From an uncultured Gemmatimonadota bacterium (lineage in GTDB: Bacteria; GCA-2686955), in NCBI GenBank assembly GCA_964490075.1, contig CAZBBK010000013.1, positions 1 to 64,000 of the forward strand: a DNA stretch of 64,000 bases, in the 5' to 3' direction. The position numbers and the translations under genes are program-made. The notes beneath the pieces are model-generated. The model saw only the letters and a program-made list of their open reading frames with translations, did no database searches and was not told the origin of the DNA. Positions 52,002-62,464 of this stretch are shown here, piece by piece (the stretch's first letter is position 1; each line of letters opens with the position of its first letter).

Positions 52002-53251
52002 TCGTGCTGATGCTGATCGCCGTGGCCTTCGCCGCCTCGTTCTTCTTCGCCGGAACCGAAACCGCGTTTACCACTTTGAACCGGCTGCGCATCCGCACCT
52101 GGTCGGAGGGACAGGGGAGCCGGGCTCGGGCCGCGCGCTCGGTGCAGGAGTTCACCGCGGAGCCCGACCGCTTTCTCACCACCACCCTGGTGGGCAACAA
52201 CATCGCGATCGTGGCAGTGACCGCTCTGGTCGGCTTCCTGCTCGAGCGCAAGCTTGCCGGCGGCGAGTTCGAAGCGTTGATCGACCTGGTCGGTGTGCTG
52301 CTGGTCACGCCGGCGCTCCTGGTGTTCGCGGAGATCATCCCCAAGTCGCTGGCGCGGCGCTACCCCAACCGCACCGCGCTGATCGCCATCAAGCCGCTGC
52401 GCGCCCTCCACTGGGTGTTGCGGCCGGTGGCCTGGATCCTCGGGGCGATCGTCGCCCGTTTGCAGAGTGCCTTCCGCCTGCCTGCCGGCGCCGGTCGCTT
52501 CGCCCTGCGGCGCGAAGACGTGCTCGATCTGCTGCGCGGCACCGACGATGGCGAAGCGCCCGATGAGGAAGACAAGATCATCTCCGGGATCCTCGATTTC
52601 GGCAGCACCACCGTTCGCGAGGCGCTGACCCCGCGCACCCGCCTGGTCTGTCTCGACGTCGACGCCGGCGAGGAGGAAGTTCTGGAGGTGATCTCCAGCG
52701 GTCGTTTCTCGCGCCTGCCGGTCTTCAAGGAAGACCTGGACCACATCGTCGGCACGGTGCACGCGCGCGATCTACTGCTCGCCTCGCGCTCCGGCCCGAT
52801 TCGTCTCGAATCGCACCTGCGCAAGGTCCACTTCGTGCCGGAGCAGAAGAAGGCCGACGAGTTGCTCGAGGAGCTGAAGGCGCGCAAGGAGCACCTGGCC
52901 GTGGTGCTCGACGAGCACGGCGGCACCGAGGGGATCGTCACGCTCGAAGATCTGCTCGAGCTGCTGGTGGGTGACATTCGCGACGAGCACGACGCGCCCG
53001 ACGAAGTGTTGCGACCGATCGACGAGCGCGCCTGGACCGCCAAGGGCTATATCGAGCTCGACGATCTCGAGGAGCGCATCGGCCTGGAGCTGCCCGAGGG
53101 GCTGTACGAGACCCTCGGCGGCTACGTGATCGACACGCTCGGGAGGATCCCGCGCAAGGGCGAGGTGGTGCTGGCGCCGGGGGCGCGTATCACGGTGCTC
53201 AAGGCGTCGGATCGTGCGGTGGAGCTGTTGCGGCTGGACTTGTTGGACTGA
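51998..53251 (+). CDS. CNNM/CorC (hemolysin-family) CBS protein 2
   Basis: FAGTETA, LVGNNIA, FAEIIPK, LDEHGGTEG. Confidence 0.92.
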   Translation: MIVLMLIAVAFAASFFFAGTETAFTTLNRLRIRTWSEGQGSRARAARSVQEFTAEPDRFLTTTLVGNNIAIVAVTALVGFLLERKLAGGEFEALIDLVGVLLVTPALLVFAEIIPKSLARRYPNRTALIAIKPLRALHWVLRPVAWILGAIVARLQSAFRLPAGAGRFALRREDVLDLLRGTDDGEAPDEEDKIISGILDFGSTTVREALTPRTRLVCLDVDAGEEEVLEVISSGRFSRLPVFKEDLDHIVGTVHARDLLLASRSGPIRLESHLRKVHFVPEQKKADELLEELKARKEHLAVVLDEHGGTEGIVTLEDLLELLVGDIRDEHDAPDEVLRPIDERAWTAKGYIELDDLEERIGLELPEGLYETLGGYVIDTLGRIPRKGEVVLAPGARITVLKASDRAVELLRLDLLD

Positions 53252-53277
53252 TTTCGGCGGAAGCCGAAAGGCTCTCG

Positions 53278-53306
53278 TTGACAGTGCGACAGCACAACCT
53301 TACATT
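53278..53306 (+). promoter_or_regulatory. Promoter/operator of vapBC
   Basis: TTGACA-17nt-TACATT with GTGC-N4-GCAC palindrome in the spacer. Confidence 0.65.
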
Positions 53307-53315
53307 CTAGATGTC

Positions 53316-53564
53316 ATGGCTTCGATCAAGCAGATCACCATTCGCAACCCATCCGCCGAGCTGGTGGCGGCCCTCAGGGCCGTTGCGCAGGAGCGAGGCG
53401 AGAGCCTCAACGCGACCATCCTGAGACTTCTCGAGGACGTGCTCGGGGTAGACGAGCGCCGTCGTCGCCTCGAGCGATATGCGAGCTGGACATCCGCGGA
53501 CTTCGACGAGTTCCGCGATGCCCTGCGCGCCCAGCGTGTGATCGATCCGGATCTCTGGGCGTAG
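53316..53564 (+). CDS. vapB: RHH (FitA/VapB-like) antitoxin
   Basis: KQITIRN..ELVAALRAVAQERGESLN; directly upstream of PIN gene. Confidence 0.8.
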   Translation: MASIKQITIRNPSAELVAALRAVAQERGESLNATILRLLEDVLGVDERRRRLERYASWTSADFDEFRDALRAQRVIDPDLWA

Positions 53565-53567
53565 TCC

Positions 53568-53972
53568 GTGGCGCCGTCGAAGCTGGCACTCGATACCTCT
53601 GCCTACTCGCACTTGCGTGTCGGTCACGAAGAGGTCATGGAGTTGGTCGCGCGAGCGGCGATCGTCTCGTTGCCGGCGACGGTGTTGGGAGAGCTCGAGG
53701 CGGGCTTTCTACTGGGCAGCCGCTACCGAGAGAACAGCATTGCTTTGGCGGAGTTCCTCGCCGAGCCCTTCGTCCGCGTACTGCCGGTCACACCGTCCGT
53801 CGCGACGCGATACGGCAGAGCTTTCTCACAGCTTCGTCGGGCCGGAACACCGATTCCGGTGAACGACATCTGGATCGCCGCGGCGACCCTCGATGCCGGC
53901 GCTCACCTCATCACCTTCGATGCCGATTTCGGCCGAGTGCCGGGATTGGAGCACACGCTGCTGAAGGGCTGA
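53568..53972 (+). CDS. vapC: PIN-domain toxin
   Basis: LDTSAY, GELEAG, PIPVNDIWIAA, LITFDADF. Confidence 0.93.
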   Translation: MAPSKLALDTSAYSHLRVGHEEVMELVARAAIVSLPATVLGELEAGFLLGSRYRENSIALAEFLAEPFVRVLPVTPSVATRYGRAFSQLRRAGTPIPVNDIWIAAATLDAGAHLITFDADFGRVPGLEHTLLKG

Positions 53973-54319
53973 GCAGCGCCGCGGCCCCGGTGAGGCCGCC
54001 AGCGCGGTCGCTGTCGGTCCGCGGCCTGGCATCACTGGCTTCATGCCGCCGGTCACGCTTGTCCCCATCCTCTCGCTGAGCCATGCTCATGCCAGAGAGG
54101 GCGCCCGCGCCCCGGCGGAGTTCGAGCGATGATGCGCAACCCGTTGACACAGTGTGATATGGCTGGGCCTAACAGGCCCCCGGACCCACCCGCGCGCCCA
54201 CGCCGCTGACGCGGCGAGGCTGCCCCTGTAGCCGATCCAACGAGCGGTCTTCAGGCCCCGCGAGCCCCATTACGTGGAGCGCGGGTCTTGTTTGCGCAGC
54301 GAATAAAGGAGATCCACCC

Positions 54320-55104
54320 ATGACTCGCCAGCTTCTCATCCCCCGATCCCGCGGCATCGCCGCGGCGCTTCCCCTCGCCGCGACCATCGCACTGCGCCAG
54401 AGCTCTCCGGCCCGGGCCGGCGGGATCGACCGGGTCTTGCGCTCAGAGGAGGGCCGAGAGGCGACCCTGATCGACAGCGAAGGCGAAGCGCGCGGGCTCT
54501 ACGGCTGGTACTCCTCACCGACGTTCGTGGGCTGCACGATCTCTAGCAACACTTGCGGGGACGAGTGGGGCGGCGGGATCGCTTGTGTGGGTGGAGTCGT
54601 GACGCTGCGTGATTGTGAGATCTCGGACAATCTGGCGGGGGATGCCGGCGGAGGTCTGTACGCGGAGCAGGGCCAGGTGACATTGGACGGCTGCACGGTA
54701 AAGAGGAACGCGACGGCAGGTAGCTTTGATTGGCATCGAGGCGGCGGGGATCGAGGAGCGGCAGAGGATTGTGCTGATCCGATGAGATCGAGCGTGAGCA
54801 CGGGTCTTGTCACCGGCCGCTTCGCGCTGATCCTCCTCCCTCAAGGGTTCGCGCAGAAGTAGCTTTCGGGTCTTCTGCGCAGTCGCCGACAGCAGCGGGG
54901 ATGCTGACCACGCGATCTTTGTGCGATTCCGCGAAGACGCCACCCTCAGCAACTGCATATTTTGCCACTGGCAACGACTGGAGAAGAGCGGACATGGGAG
55001 CCTTCGGCGGGCCTGGGAATCGCGGGTGGGTGCCGGGTGATTGTGAGAAGAGTGTCTTCGTTCCGGAAACGGCGGGAACGGTGGCGGAAGACGGCAGTCG
55101 ATAG
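54320..55104 (+). pseudogene. Fragmented beta-helix family gene
   Basis: AAAGGAG RBS plus signal peptide, LRSEEGREATLID, GGGI repeats, then frame-shifted ATLSNCIF and RADMGAFGGPGNRGW pieces. Confidence 0.72.
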
Positions 55105-55186
55105 CGCTCGCGCAGAGATTTCCGGCCGAGATCATCAGAGTCGACGACCTCGTCGGAAGCCCCGGCCCAGAGGGTAAGCTCCCCAA

Positions 55187-56551
55187 ATGCCGGACGCCTC
55201 CCCCTCCCTGCCCTCGCGCGACGATGTGATCGCCCTCTTGCAGCGCGATGCCGCGGCGGAGCTGCGCGCGCTGATCGCTCCGTTGCACGCCGAGGACTTG
55301 GCGGAGCTGGTGGAGTCGCTGGCGCCCGAGCAGGGCTCGCGGCTGCTGGCGACGCTGGAGAGCCAGGCGGCGGGCGAGGCGCTGGCCGAGATGCCCGACC
55401 ATGCGCGCGAGGACGTGCTCGAGGGGATGAGCCCGGAGACCATCGCCGACGCCGTCGAGACCCTGGCGGCCGACGACGCGGCCGACGTCATCGGCGACCT
55501 GGACCGCGCCCAGCGGCGCCTGGTCCTCGACGACCTGGAGCTGATCGAGAAGCAGACGGTCGCCGAGCTGCTCGCCTATCCGGAGGACTCGGCCGGCGGC
55601 ATCATGACCCCCGAGGTGGTGGCGATGCCGATCGGTAGCACCGCCGCCGACGTGATCGAGCGGCTGCGCGGCCAGCCCACCTCGCACGACGACGTCTTCA
55701 CCGTCTACGTGGTCGACGACAGCCGCCGTCTGGTCGGCCGCCTGCCGCTGCAATCGCTGGTGACCGCCGCGGCGTCGACGCCGATCTCCCTGCTGGTCGA
55801 GGAGGAGCTGATCTCCTGCAACGTGGCGGAAGACCAGGAAGAAGTCGCCAACGTCATGGCCAAGTTCAACCTGGTCACCTTGCCGATCGTCGACGATTCG
55901 AATCGCCTGGTCGGTCGCGTCACGTTCGACGACGTGATCGACGTGATCGCCGAAGAGGCGACCGAGGACATCCTGCGCATGGCCGGATCCGACGAGCGCG
56001 AAGTCGCCGAACGCTCCGCCATGCGCGTCGCCCGCGTGCGCCTGCCCTGGGTGGTGGTGGGCCTGATGGGCGGCCTGCTCTCCGGGGTGCTGATGTCGCG
56101 CTTCGAGCTGGTGCTGCAGCAGGTGCTCGGGCTCGCTTTCTTCGTGCCGGCGGTCGCGGCGCTCGGCGGCAACGTCGGCATTCAGTCCTCGACCATCGTG
56201 ATCCGTGGCATGACCACCGGGGATTACTCCTTTACCGGCGCCTGGCAGCCGATCTTCCGCGAGATCCGGATCGGCATCGTGGTCGGCCTGGTCTGCGGTC
56301 TGCTGGCGGCGCTCTTCTCGCATCTCTGGCTGGGCGATCCCGGGATCGGGCTGATCGTGGGGTTGGCGATGTGGGGGACCGCCGTGTGCGCCGCGATCGT
56401 CGGCGCCGGCCTGCCTTTTCTGCTCGACCGTCTCTCGGTCGACCCGGCGGTCGCCACCGGCCCCTTCATCACCACCGCCAACGACGTGCTCGGCGTGCTG
56501 CTCTACTTCCTGCTGGCGGCCACGCTCTTCGGGCTGATCGGAATCCCGTGA
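55187..56551 (+). CDS. mgtE: Magnesium transporter
   Basis: YPEDSAGGIMT, EEATEDI, RLPW, GGNVGIQS, DPAVATGPFITTAND. Confidence 0.96.
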   Translation: MPDASPSLPSRDDVIALLQRDAAAELRALIAPLHAEDLAELVESLAPEQGSRLLATLESQAAGEALAEMPDHAREDVLEGMSPETIADAVETLAADDAADVIGDLDRAQRRLVLDDLELIEKQTVAELLAYPEDSAGGIMTPEVVAMPIGSTAADVIERLRGQPTSHDDVFTVYVVDDSRRLVGRLPLQSLVTAAASTPISLLVEEELISCNVAEDQEEVANVMAKFNLVTLPIVDDSNRLVGRVTFDDVIDVIAEEATEDILRMAGSDEREVAERSAMRVARVRLPWVVVGLMGGLLSGVLMSRFELVLQQVLGLAFFVPAVAALGGNVGIQSSTIVIRGMTTGDYSFTGAWQPIFREIRIGIVVGLVCGLLAALFSHLWLGDPGIGLIVGLAMWGTAVCAAIVGAGLPFLLDRLSVDPAVATGPFITTANDVLGVLLYFLLAATLFGLIGIP

Positions 56552-57306
56552 GCGGCGCGTTGCTGGAGCTGGAAGGGATCGTCTGCGGCCGGCGCCCGAT
56601 CGGCGAGACCAGCCTGCTGGTGACCGTGCTGAGCGAGCGCAGGGGCAAGCTCACCCTCTATGCCCGCGGCGCGCTGCGCGACTACCGGCGCATCGGCGGG
56701 GCGCTCGATACCGGCGCGCGCAGCGCCTGGTGTCTGCTGCAGCGCCCCGGCGGCGATCGGCTCCCCATGGTCCAGCAGGTCGACCTGGTCGACGCCCACC
56801 CCGCGCTGCGCCGCGACCTGGGCCGGCTGCTGCGCGCTCTCTTCCTGATCGAGGTGGTGCGGCTCCACTACGGCGCCGGGGGGGCGCTCTACGAGCACCT
56901 GGCCGCCGGCCTGGCGGCGGTCGATCGACGGCCCCGTACCGGACGCGGCTTTCTGTGGTGGTTCGTGACCCGGATGCTGGAGCTTTCGGGGCATGCGCCG
57001 CTGCTCGACCATTGCGTCGGCTGCGAGCGCGACGCCGACCTGGTCGGGCTCGATCCCAACGCCGGTGGCGTGATCTGCCGCCGCTGCGCCGCGCCCTCCG
57101 CGCCCCCTCTGCCCCTCGGCGTCGAGGCGCTGCGGGTGCTGCGCGCCCTCTCCGCGGTGGATGGTGTCGATCCCCGGGCCGCCCAGCGCGTCGGCAAGAT
57201 CGGCGCCCGCCAGGTCGCCGCCGCGCTCCGGGCCTGCATCACCTGGCCGGTCGGTGGCGACGTCGCGCTGCCGGCGCTCGACACCCTGCAACGCTACGGG
57301 GCCTGA
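56548..57306 (+). CDS. recO: DNA repair protein RecO
   Basis: GETSLLVTVLSERRGKL..ARGA OB-fold; CxxC...GGVICxxC zinc motif. Confidence 0.85.
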   Translation: MSGALLELEGIVCGRRPIGETSLLVTVLSERRGKLTLYARGALRDYRRIGGALDTGARSAWCLLQRPGGDRLPMVQQVDLVDAHPALRRDLGRLLRALFLIEVVRLHYGAGGALYEHLAAGLAAVDRRPRTGRGFLWWFVTRMLELSGHAPLLDHCVGCERDADLVGLDPNAGGVICRRCAAPSAPPLPLGVEALRVLRALSAVDGVDPRAAQRVGKIGARQVAAALRACITWPVGGDVALPALDTLQRYGA

Positions 57307-57307
57307 G

Positions 57308-59377
57308 ATGTTGACGGCTCTGATCCTCTCCGCCGCGCTCTGCGCCGCGCCCCCGCTGGTGTCGATCCACGCCGGCGGCGCGCGCCCCCGGACGGTCGAT
57401 TGCGAACCCTGCCTGGCGCGCTGGGATCTCGACGATCTGGGAACCACGCTGCTGGCCGGTCCGGTCCCGGGCGATGCCCCGGTCGACAGCGCGCAGTGGC
57501 GGCTCGATCCCCTGCACGACGACGCCGTGGTGCGCGGCCTGGCGCTCGGCTTCCCCTTCCCCTTCTACTACGACCGCTACGACAGCGTCGCGGTCGGCGT
57601 GAACGGCTTTCTGAGCTTCCTCGGCAACGACCTGCCCTCGATCGCCGGGGATCGACCGGCGCCCCTGCCCTGCCCGATCCAACCGCACGCCATCGTCGCC
57701 CCCTTCTGGTCCGACCTGGTGCTGGGCGGCGAGGGGACGCTCTACTTCAAGGCCGGGGCCGATTCGGCGGTGGTCGAGTGGCATCGCCTGCGGGATGTCT
57801 CTGGGGACGGGCCCTACACCTTCCAGGTGCGGCTGCTGCCGAGCGGCGCGATCCGGCTGATCTGGATCGAGCTGCCGGCGACCCTCGCCGAGCACGTGGT
57901 CGGTCTGGGCGATGCCCGAGGCATAGACGGGATGAGCATCTCGGAAACGCCGGGCGCCGGAGCCGCCCTCACCCTGACCCGCCCGGTCCAGCTCGAGGGG
58001 CTGGCGGCGCTCGAGATCTCCTCGCCGGTGCATGGCCTGACCCTCGGCGAGGAGCTGGCGCCCGAGATAGTGGTGGCGAATCCCGGCACCACTTCGATCG
58101 CCGCGGACGCGGCGCTGGTCGTCACCCGCCTCGCCGACTCGGTGGTGGTGGCTGGCCTCGAGCCGGCGCTCGCCGTCGACGTGGCGGCCGGCGGGCAGGC
58201 GACGTTTGCGATGGAGGAGTGGACTCCGTCTCGGACCGGGCGCTACCGACTCGAAGCGACCATTCGCCCCGCCCTGGCCCTCGACCGGCTCGAGGCGGAG
58301 GTGCTGGCGAGCGGCCCGCGCGACACGGTTGCCGCCCTGGGCGGCTTCAAGGCGACCGAGCCGGCCGACGCCTTCGCGCTGCTCGACCCGGGCGAGTGGG
58401 CGATCCGTTTCCTGCCGGACACGTTGGCGGAGACCGAGGCGGCGCTGGTCCGGGTGTCGTTCTGGGAGGGATGGCCCGATACCGAGGGCCAGGTGTTCGA
58501 GGTGGAGCTCTTCGCTACCGGTTCGGGCGGCGGTCCCGCCGAGAGCGGGCTCCATGCACCGGTGACCGCTACCGGTGCGGCTGGTTTCGTGGCGGTGCCT
58601 CTGCCCGAGGGGATCGTCGTCGGCGACACCATTTTCGTGGTGCTGCGCCAGCTTCTGCCCTTTCCCGACTGCGACGGAATAGTGTCCGACGCAGACCAGA
58701 AGATCACGCTCTATCCGCGCCACTGGGCGCGGTCGTGCGCCCAGAGCACCTGGCAGAAGCTCGAGGCATCCGACCTGCTCGGCGATCTCTTCGTCGAGCT
58801 CTACCTGGCCAGTCCGGTGGGAGTGGCCGCGGGGGCGCCGGGGGCTCCGCGAGTGCGATCGGTAGCTGGGGGCAAGGTCGAGATCTCGTGGGAGCGCGTG
58901 ATGGACGCGCGGGGCTATTCCGTGCTGCGCTCGGCGCCCGCCGCTGGCCCGTGGAGGGTGGTGGCCGAGCTCGCGGCCACCGAGACGCGCCACTTCGACG
59001 AGCCGCCCCCCACCGCCCAGACGCTGCGCTACGCCGTGGCCGCGATCGACGCCGCGGGATTGGCGCGCATCTCACCGGGCGTCGAGATGCGCTTCGGCGG
59101 CCCGCGTCTGCTTCCCCCGTCCCCCGTCCCAGCCAATCCGCGCGTCACCATTCGTGCTGATCTGCCCGCCGGCGCCGACCAGGCATCACTCGCGGTCTAC
59201 GACCTCGGCGGGCGCGTGGTTCGCATCTTGCAGCGCGGGAATCTGTCCCCCGGCGTACATCGTTTCGCGTGGAATGGCGAGCACGATGGCGGCCGCCCCG
59301 TCCCCTCTGGCGTCTACCTGGTGCGGCTCGAAGCCGACGGCGTGGTCGATACGCGAAGGGTTATCATTTTGAGATGA
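57308..59377 (+). CDS. Secreted multidomain protein (nidogen-like, FN3-like, FlgD-Ig C-terminus)
   Basis: LGFPFPFY..NGFLSF, IVAPFWSDL; YDLGGRVVR..WNG..SGVYLVRL. Confidence 0.8.
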   Translation: MLTALILSAALCAAPPLVSIHAGGARPRTVDCEPCLARWDLDDLGTTLLAGPVPGDAPVDSAQWRLDPLHDDAVVRGLALGFPFPFYYDRYDSVAVGVNGFLSFLGNDLPSIAGDRPAPLPCPIQPHAIVAPFWSDLVLGGEGTLYFKAGADSAVVEWHRLRDVSGDGPYTFQVRLLPSGAIRLIWIELPATLAEHVVGLGDARGIDGMSISETPGAGAALTLTRPVQLEGLAALEISSPVHGLTLGEELAPEIVVANPGTTSIAADAALVVTRLADSVVVAGLEPALAVDVAAGGQATFAMEEWTPSRTGRYRLEATIRPALALDRLEAEVLASGPRDTVAALGGFKATEPADAFALLDPGEWAIRFLPDTLAETEAALVRVSFWEGWPDTEGQVFEVELFATGSGGGPAESGLHAPVTATGAAGFVAVPLPEGIVVGDTIFVVLRQLLPFPDCDGIVSDADQKITLYPRHWARSCAQSTWQKLEASDLLGDLFVELYLASPVGVAAGAPGAPRVRSVAGGKVEISWERVMDARGYSVLRSAPAAGPWRVVAELAATETRHFDEPPPTAQTLRYAVAAIDAAGLARISPGVEMRFGGPRLLPPSPVPANPRVTIRADLPAGADQASLAVYDLGGRVVRILQRGNLSPGVHRFAWNGEHDGGRPVPSGVYLVRLEADGVVDTRRVIILR

Positions 59378-60474
59378 GATCATTCACGCTTCCATTCGCT
59401 CTCGTTTCCGCGGCCGGTGCCGCGACCCTCCGCGTGCCGGCGGATTTCCCGACCCTCCAGGCGGCCATCGACGCCGCCGCGGACGGCGACATCGTGCAGG
59501 TCGCCCCCGGCACCTACTCGGGCGCCGGCAACAGAGATATCGACTTTCTCGGCAAGGCGATCTCTCTGCGCTCCGAAGAGGGCGCGGAAGCGACCGTGGT
59601 CGACTGCGAGGGCGCCCCGGACGATCCCCATCGCGGCGTGCTCTTCGTCACCGGCGAGGGCCCCGCGGCGTCGCTGCGCGGCTTCACCATTCGCGGCGGC
59701 TACGTGCGCGGCGACTGGCCGGCGGGGGACGGCGGCGGGATCTTCTGCGACGGGGCATCGCCGACCATCGAGCACTGTGTCGTGAGCGACAACTCCGCCT
59801 CGTTCGGCGGAGGGATCAGCTGCACCAATGAGTCCTCCCCCGAGATCCATCGCTGCACCATCACCCGCAACGAGGCGGCCGACTCTGGCGGCGGCACCTA
59901 CAACTGGTACCTGTCGAATCCGCTGCTGAGCCACTGTGTCATCAGCGAAAACCGCGCCGGATTCGGCGCGGGGCTCTACCTGCGACAGCGCATGAGCGTG
60001 GTCAACTGCGTGATCGCGGACAACCACGCCGACTACTACGGCGGAGGCGTCCGCTGCGCGGACCTCGCTTCTCCGACGCTTCATAACTGCACCATCACCG
60101 GCAACAGCGCCTTCGAGGGCGGGGGCATCTACGCCAGCTCCTATGGCCATCCGTCGGTCACGAACACCATTCTCTGGGGCGACCAGCCCGACGAGATCTA
60201 CAACTACGCCGGTAACTGTCTCTTCAGCCATTGCGACATCGAAGGAGGCTGGCCGGGGGTCGGCAACATCGACGCCGAGCCCATGTTCCTCTCCTACCGC
60301 GGCCACGACCATCTGCTCGGAGCCGCCTCGCCCTGCGTCGATGCGGGCGATCCCGCGTTCGAGGACCAGCTCTACGACTGGCATCCACGCTGGCCAGCCG
60401 GCTTCCCCAACGGCGTTCGTTGCGACATCGGCGCCTACGGCGGGCGCCGGAACGCAGCCTGGGTTGGGTTCTAG
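59374..60474 (+). CDS. Secreted right-handed parallel beta-helix protein
   Basis: LRVPADFPTLQAAID, DFLGKAI, C-terminal DWHPRWP..PNGVRCDIGAYGG..N..W. Confidence 0.9.
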   Translation: MRSFTLPFALVSAAGAATLRVPADFPTLQAAIDAAADGDIVQVAPGTYSGAGNRDIDFLGKAISLRSEEGAEATVVDCEGAPDDPHRGVLFVTGEGPAASLRGFTIRGGYVRGDWPAGDGGGIFCDGASPTIEHCVVSDNSASFGGGISCTNESSPEIHRCTITRNEAADSGGGTYNWYLSNPLLSHCVISENRAGFGAGLYLRQRMSVVNCVIADNHADYYGGGVRCADLASPTLHNCTITGNSAFEGGGIYASSYGHPSVTNTILWGDQPDEIYNYAGNCLFSHCDIEGGWPGVGNIDAEPMFLSYRGHDHLLGAASPCVDAGDPAFEDQLYDWHPRWPAGFPNGVRCDIGAYGGRRNAAWVGF

Positions 60475-60598
60475 CGCAGCCCACACGGGACCGGCCCCGG
60501 TCAATTGCGACTCCGCGGCACCGATTTGGTTGCGATCGACGGATATCGAGGCTACCTTGCCGCACCCGCAGCCCCTCACCCCCAGATGAGAGGATCAC

Positions 60599-61429
60599 AT
60601 GGAAGAGCAGCTGAACGGCCTCGGCCTCGAGCTCGCCCGCCAGTACCTGCCCAGTGCTCTGGGCGTCATCGTACTGCTCATCCTCGCCAACGTGGTCTCG
60701 AAATGGACCGGCAGGATGGTGGTCCGGAGCCTGACCCGGTCCGACTTCGACGCAACGCTGACGCGTTTTTTCGGCAACAGTGCGCGCCACATGGTGCTGA
60801 TCATCGCGATCATCGCCTGCCTTGGGATCTTCGGCGTGGAGACCGCCAGCTTCGCCGCGCTGATCGCCGCGGCCGGCTTCGCCATCGGTCTCGCCTTCCA
60901 GGGCAGCCTGTCCAATTTCGCGGCCGGCGTCATGCTGCTGGTCTTCCGACCCTTCAAGGTCGACGATGTCGTCAACGTCGCCGGAGTGGTCGGCAAGGTG
61001 GTCGAGATCGGGCTCTTCACCACCAGCGTGAACACGCCCGACAACCGCCGCATCATTCTGCCGAACGGCTCGATCTTCGGCAGCACCATCGAAAACATCA
61101 CTTTTCACGGGCAGCGCCGAGTCGATGTGGCGGTCGGAGTCGACTACACGGCCGACATCGATCACACCCGTGAGGTGCTACAAGGTGCGCTCGCCAAGAT
61201 CGAGGGCATGCTCGACGACCCGGAGCCGGCGGTCGCGCTGGTCGCGCTCGGTGCGTCGTCGGTCGACTGGGTGGTTCGGGTCTGGGCCGAGACGCCCGAC
61301 TTCTTCGCGGTCAAGGAGTCGGCGACCAGGGCCGTGAAGTACGCTCTGGACGAAGCGGGGATCGGCATTCCCTTCCCGCAGATGGATGTTCACCTGGACG
61401 GCGCGCTCCAAGAGCCGTCTCAGAACTAG
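60599..61429 (+). CDS. mscS: Small-conductance mechanosensitive channel
   Basis: AIGLAFQGSLSNFAAG, RPFKVDD, IPFPQ. Confidence 0.94.
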   Translation: MEEQLNGLGLELARQYLPSALGVIVLLILANVVSKWTGRMVVRSLTRSDFDATLTRFFGNSARHMVLIIAIIACLGIFGVETASFAALIAAAGFAIGLAFQGSLSNFAAGVMLLVFRPFKVDDVVNVAGVVGKVVEIGLFTTSVNTPDNRRIILPNGSIFGSTIENITFHGQRRVDVAVGVDYTADIDHTREVLQGALAKIEGMLDDPEPAVALVALGASSVDWVVRVWAETPDFFAVKESATRAVKYALDEAGIGIPFPQMDVHLDGALQEPSQN

Positions 61430-61440
61430 GAAACGACAAG

Positions 61441-62460
61441 ATGCAGCTCCATCGATTCGCGACCGGCGGAATGGTCTCCACCGGCTTGGCGTTGTTCGCA
61501 ACACTTCCCGCGGCGGCGCAGGGCGTCGTCGATGATGCTCTGGTGGCCAAGGCCAAGGCGACCGAGGAGAGGACCGAGGGCTGGAGCCGTGGTCTCGAGC
61601 TGGGCTTCACCGGGTCCTTCAGTCATTCCGACCACGTGGTCGGCGCGCCCGACGGATCGACCATGCAGATCGGGATCGTCTTGTCGGGCGACGCCGCGCT
61701 GGTGAGCGGCGCCCACGAGTGGGAGAACGAGCTGAATCTCCAACACACCCAGAGCAAGAGCCCGGCTCTGGACCGATTCGTCAAGTCGATCGACCAGCTC
61801 GACATCCAGGCCACCTATCTCTACCACATCGCCTCGCCGGACTGGTTCGGACCCTTCGCCCGCGCCGGCCTGAGCAGCTCGGCCTTGAAGGGCTACGAGG
61901 TGCGCGCGACCGATACCAGCGTGCAGCGCATCGATCGCGATGGTGCCACCAGCACCGAGCTGATCCCGGCGGAAGAGGATATCGATCTGACCAGCGCCTT
62001 CGAGCCGATGCTGCTGAAGCAGACCCTGGGCGTCTTCGCCGATCCGATTCGTGAAGACGATTTCGCGCTCAGCTCCAAGGCCGGCCTGGGACTGCAACAG
62101 GTGGTGGTCGGAGATGGTTACGCCGTCACCGGCGAAGACGGCGGTGTGCTCACTCTGACGCAGCTCGACGGTGCCAACGAGATCGGTGCCGAGATCGAGC
62201 TCGACCTGAGCGGCAAATCGGGCGAGAGCATGACCTACGAGGCGACCCTCAACCTCTTCTACCCGGTCAGCTCATCGGCCGAGACCGATTTCAGCGGCAT
62301 CGACGCGCTCAACACCGATCTCTCGGGCAAGGTGTCGTTCAAGCTCAGCGGCTGGGCCTCGCTCGACTACGTGCTGGGCGTCAGGCGGCTGCCGGTGATA
62401 CTGGACGACTGGCAGATCACCAACGGGTTGATTCTGACCGCGGGATTCTCGCTGCTCTAG
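61441..62460 (+). CDS. Outer-membrane beta-barrel protein (DUF3078/DUF481-like)
   Basis: Signal peptide, amphipathic beta strands, FVKSIDQL, C-terminal GFSLL. Confidence 0.7.
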   Translation: MQLHRFATGGMVSTGLALFATLPAAAQGVVDDALVAKAKATEERTEGWSRGLELGFTGSFSHSDHVVGAPDGSTMQIGIVLSGDAALVSGAHEWENELNLQHTQSKSPALDRFVKSIDQLDIQATYLYHIASPDWFGPFARAGLSSSALKGYEVRATDTSVQRIDRDGATSTELIPAEEDIDLTSAFEPMLLKQTLGVFADPIREDDFALSSKAGLGLQQVVVGDGYAVTGEDGGVLTLTQLDGANEIGAEIELDLSGKSGESMTYEATLNLFYPVSSSAETDFSGIDALNTDLSGKVSFKLSGWASLDYVLGVRRLPVILDDWQITNGLILTAGFSLL

Positions 62461-62464
62461 CCGT

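Noticed and set aside
54130-54320. Riboswitch in hairpin-rich leader
   Set aside because: Several stems, but no consensus of a class I can recognise; needs an Rfam scan
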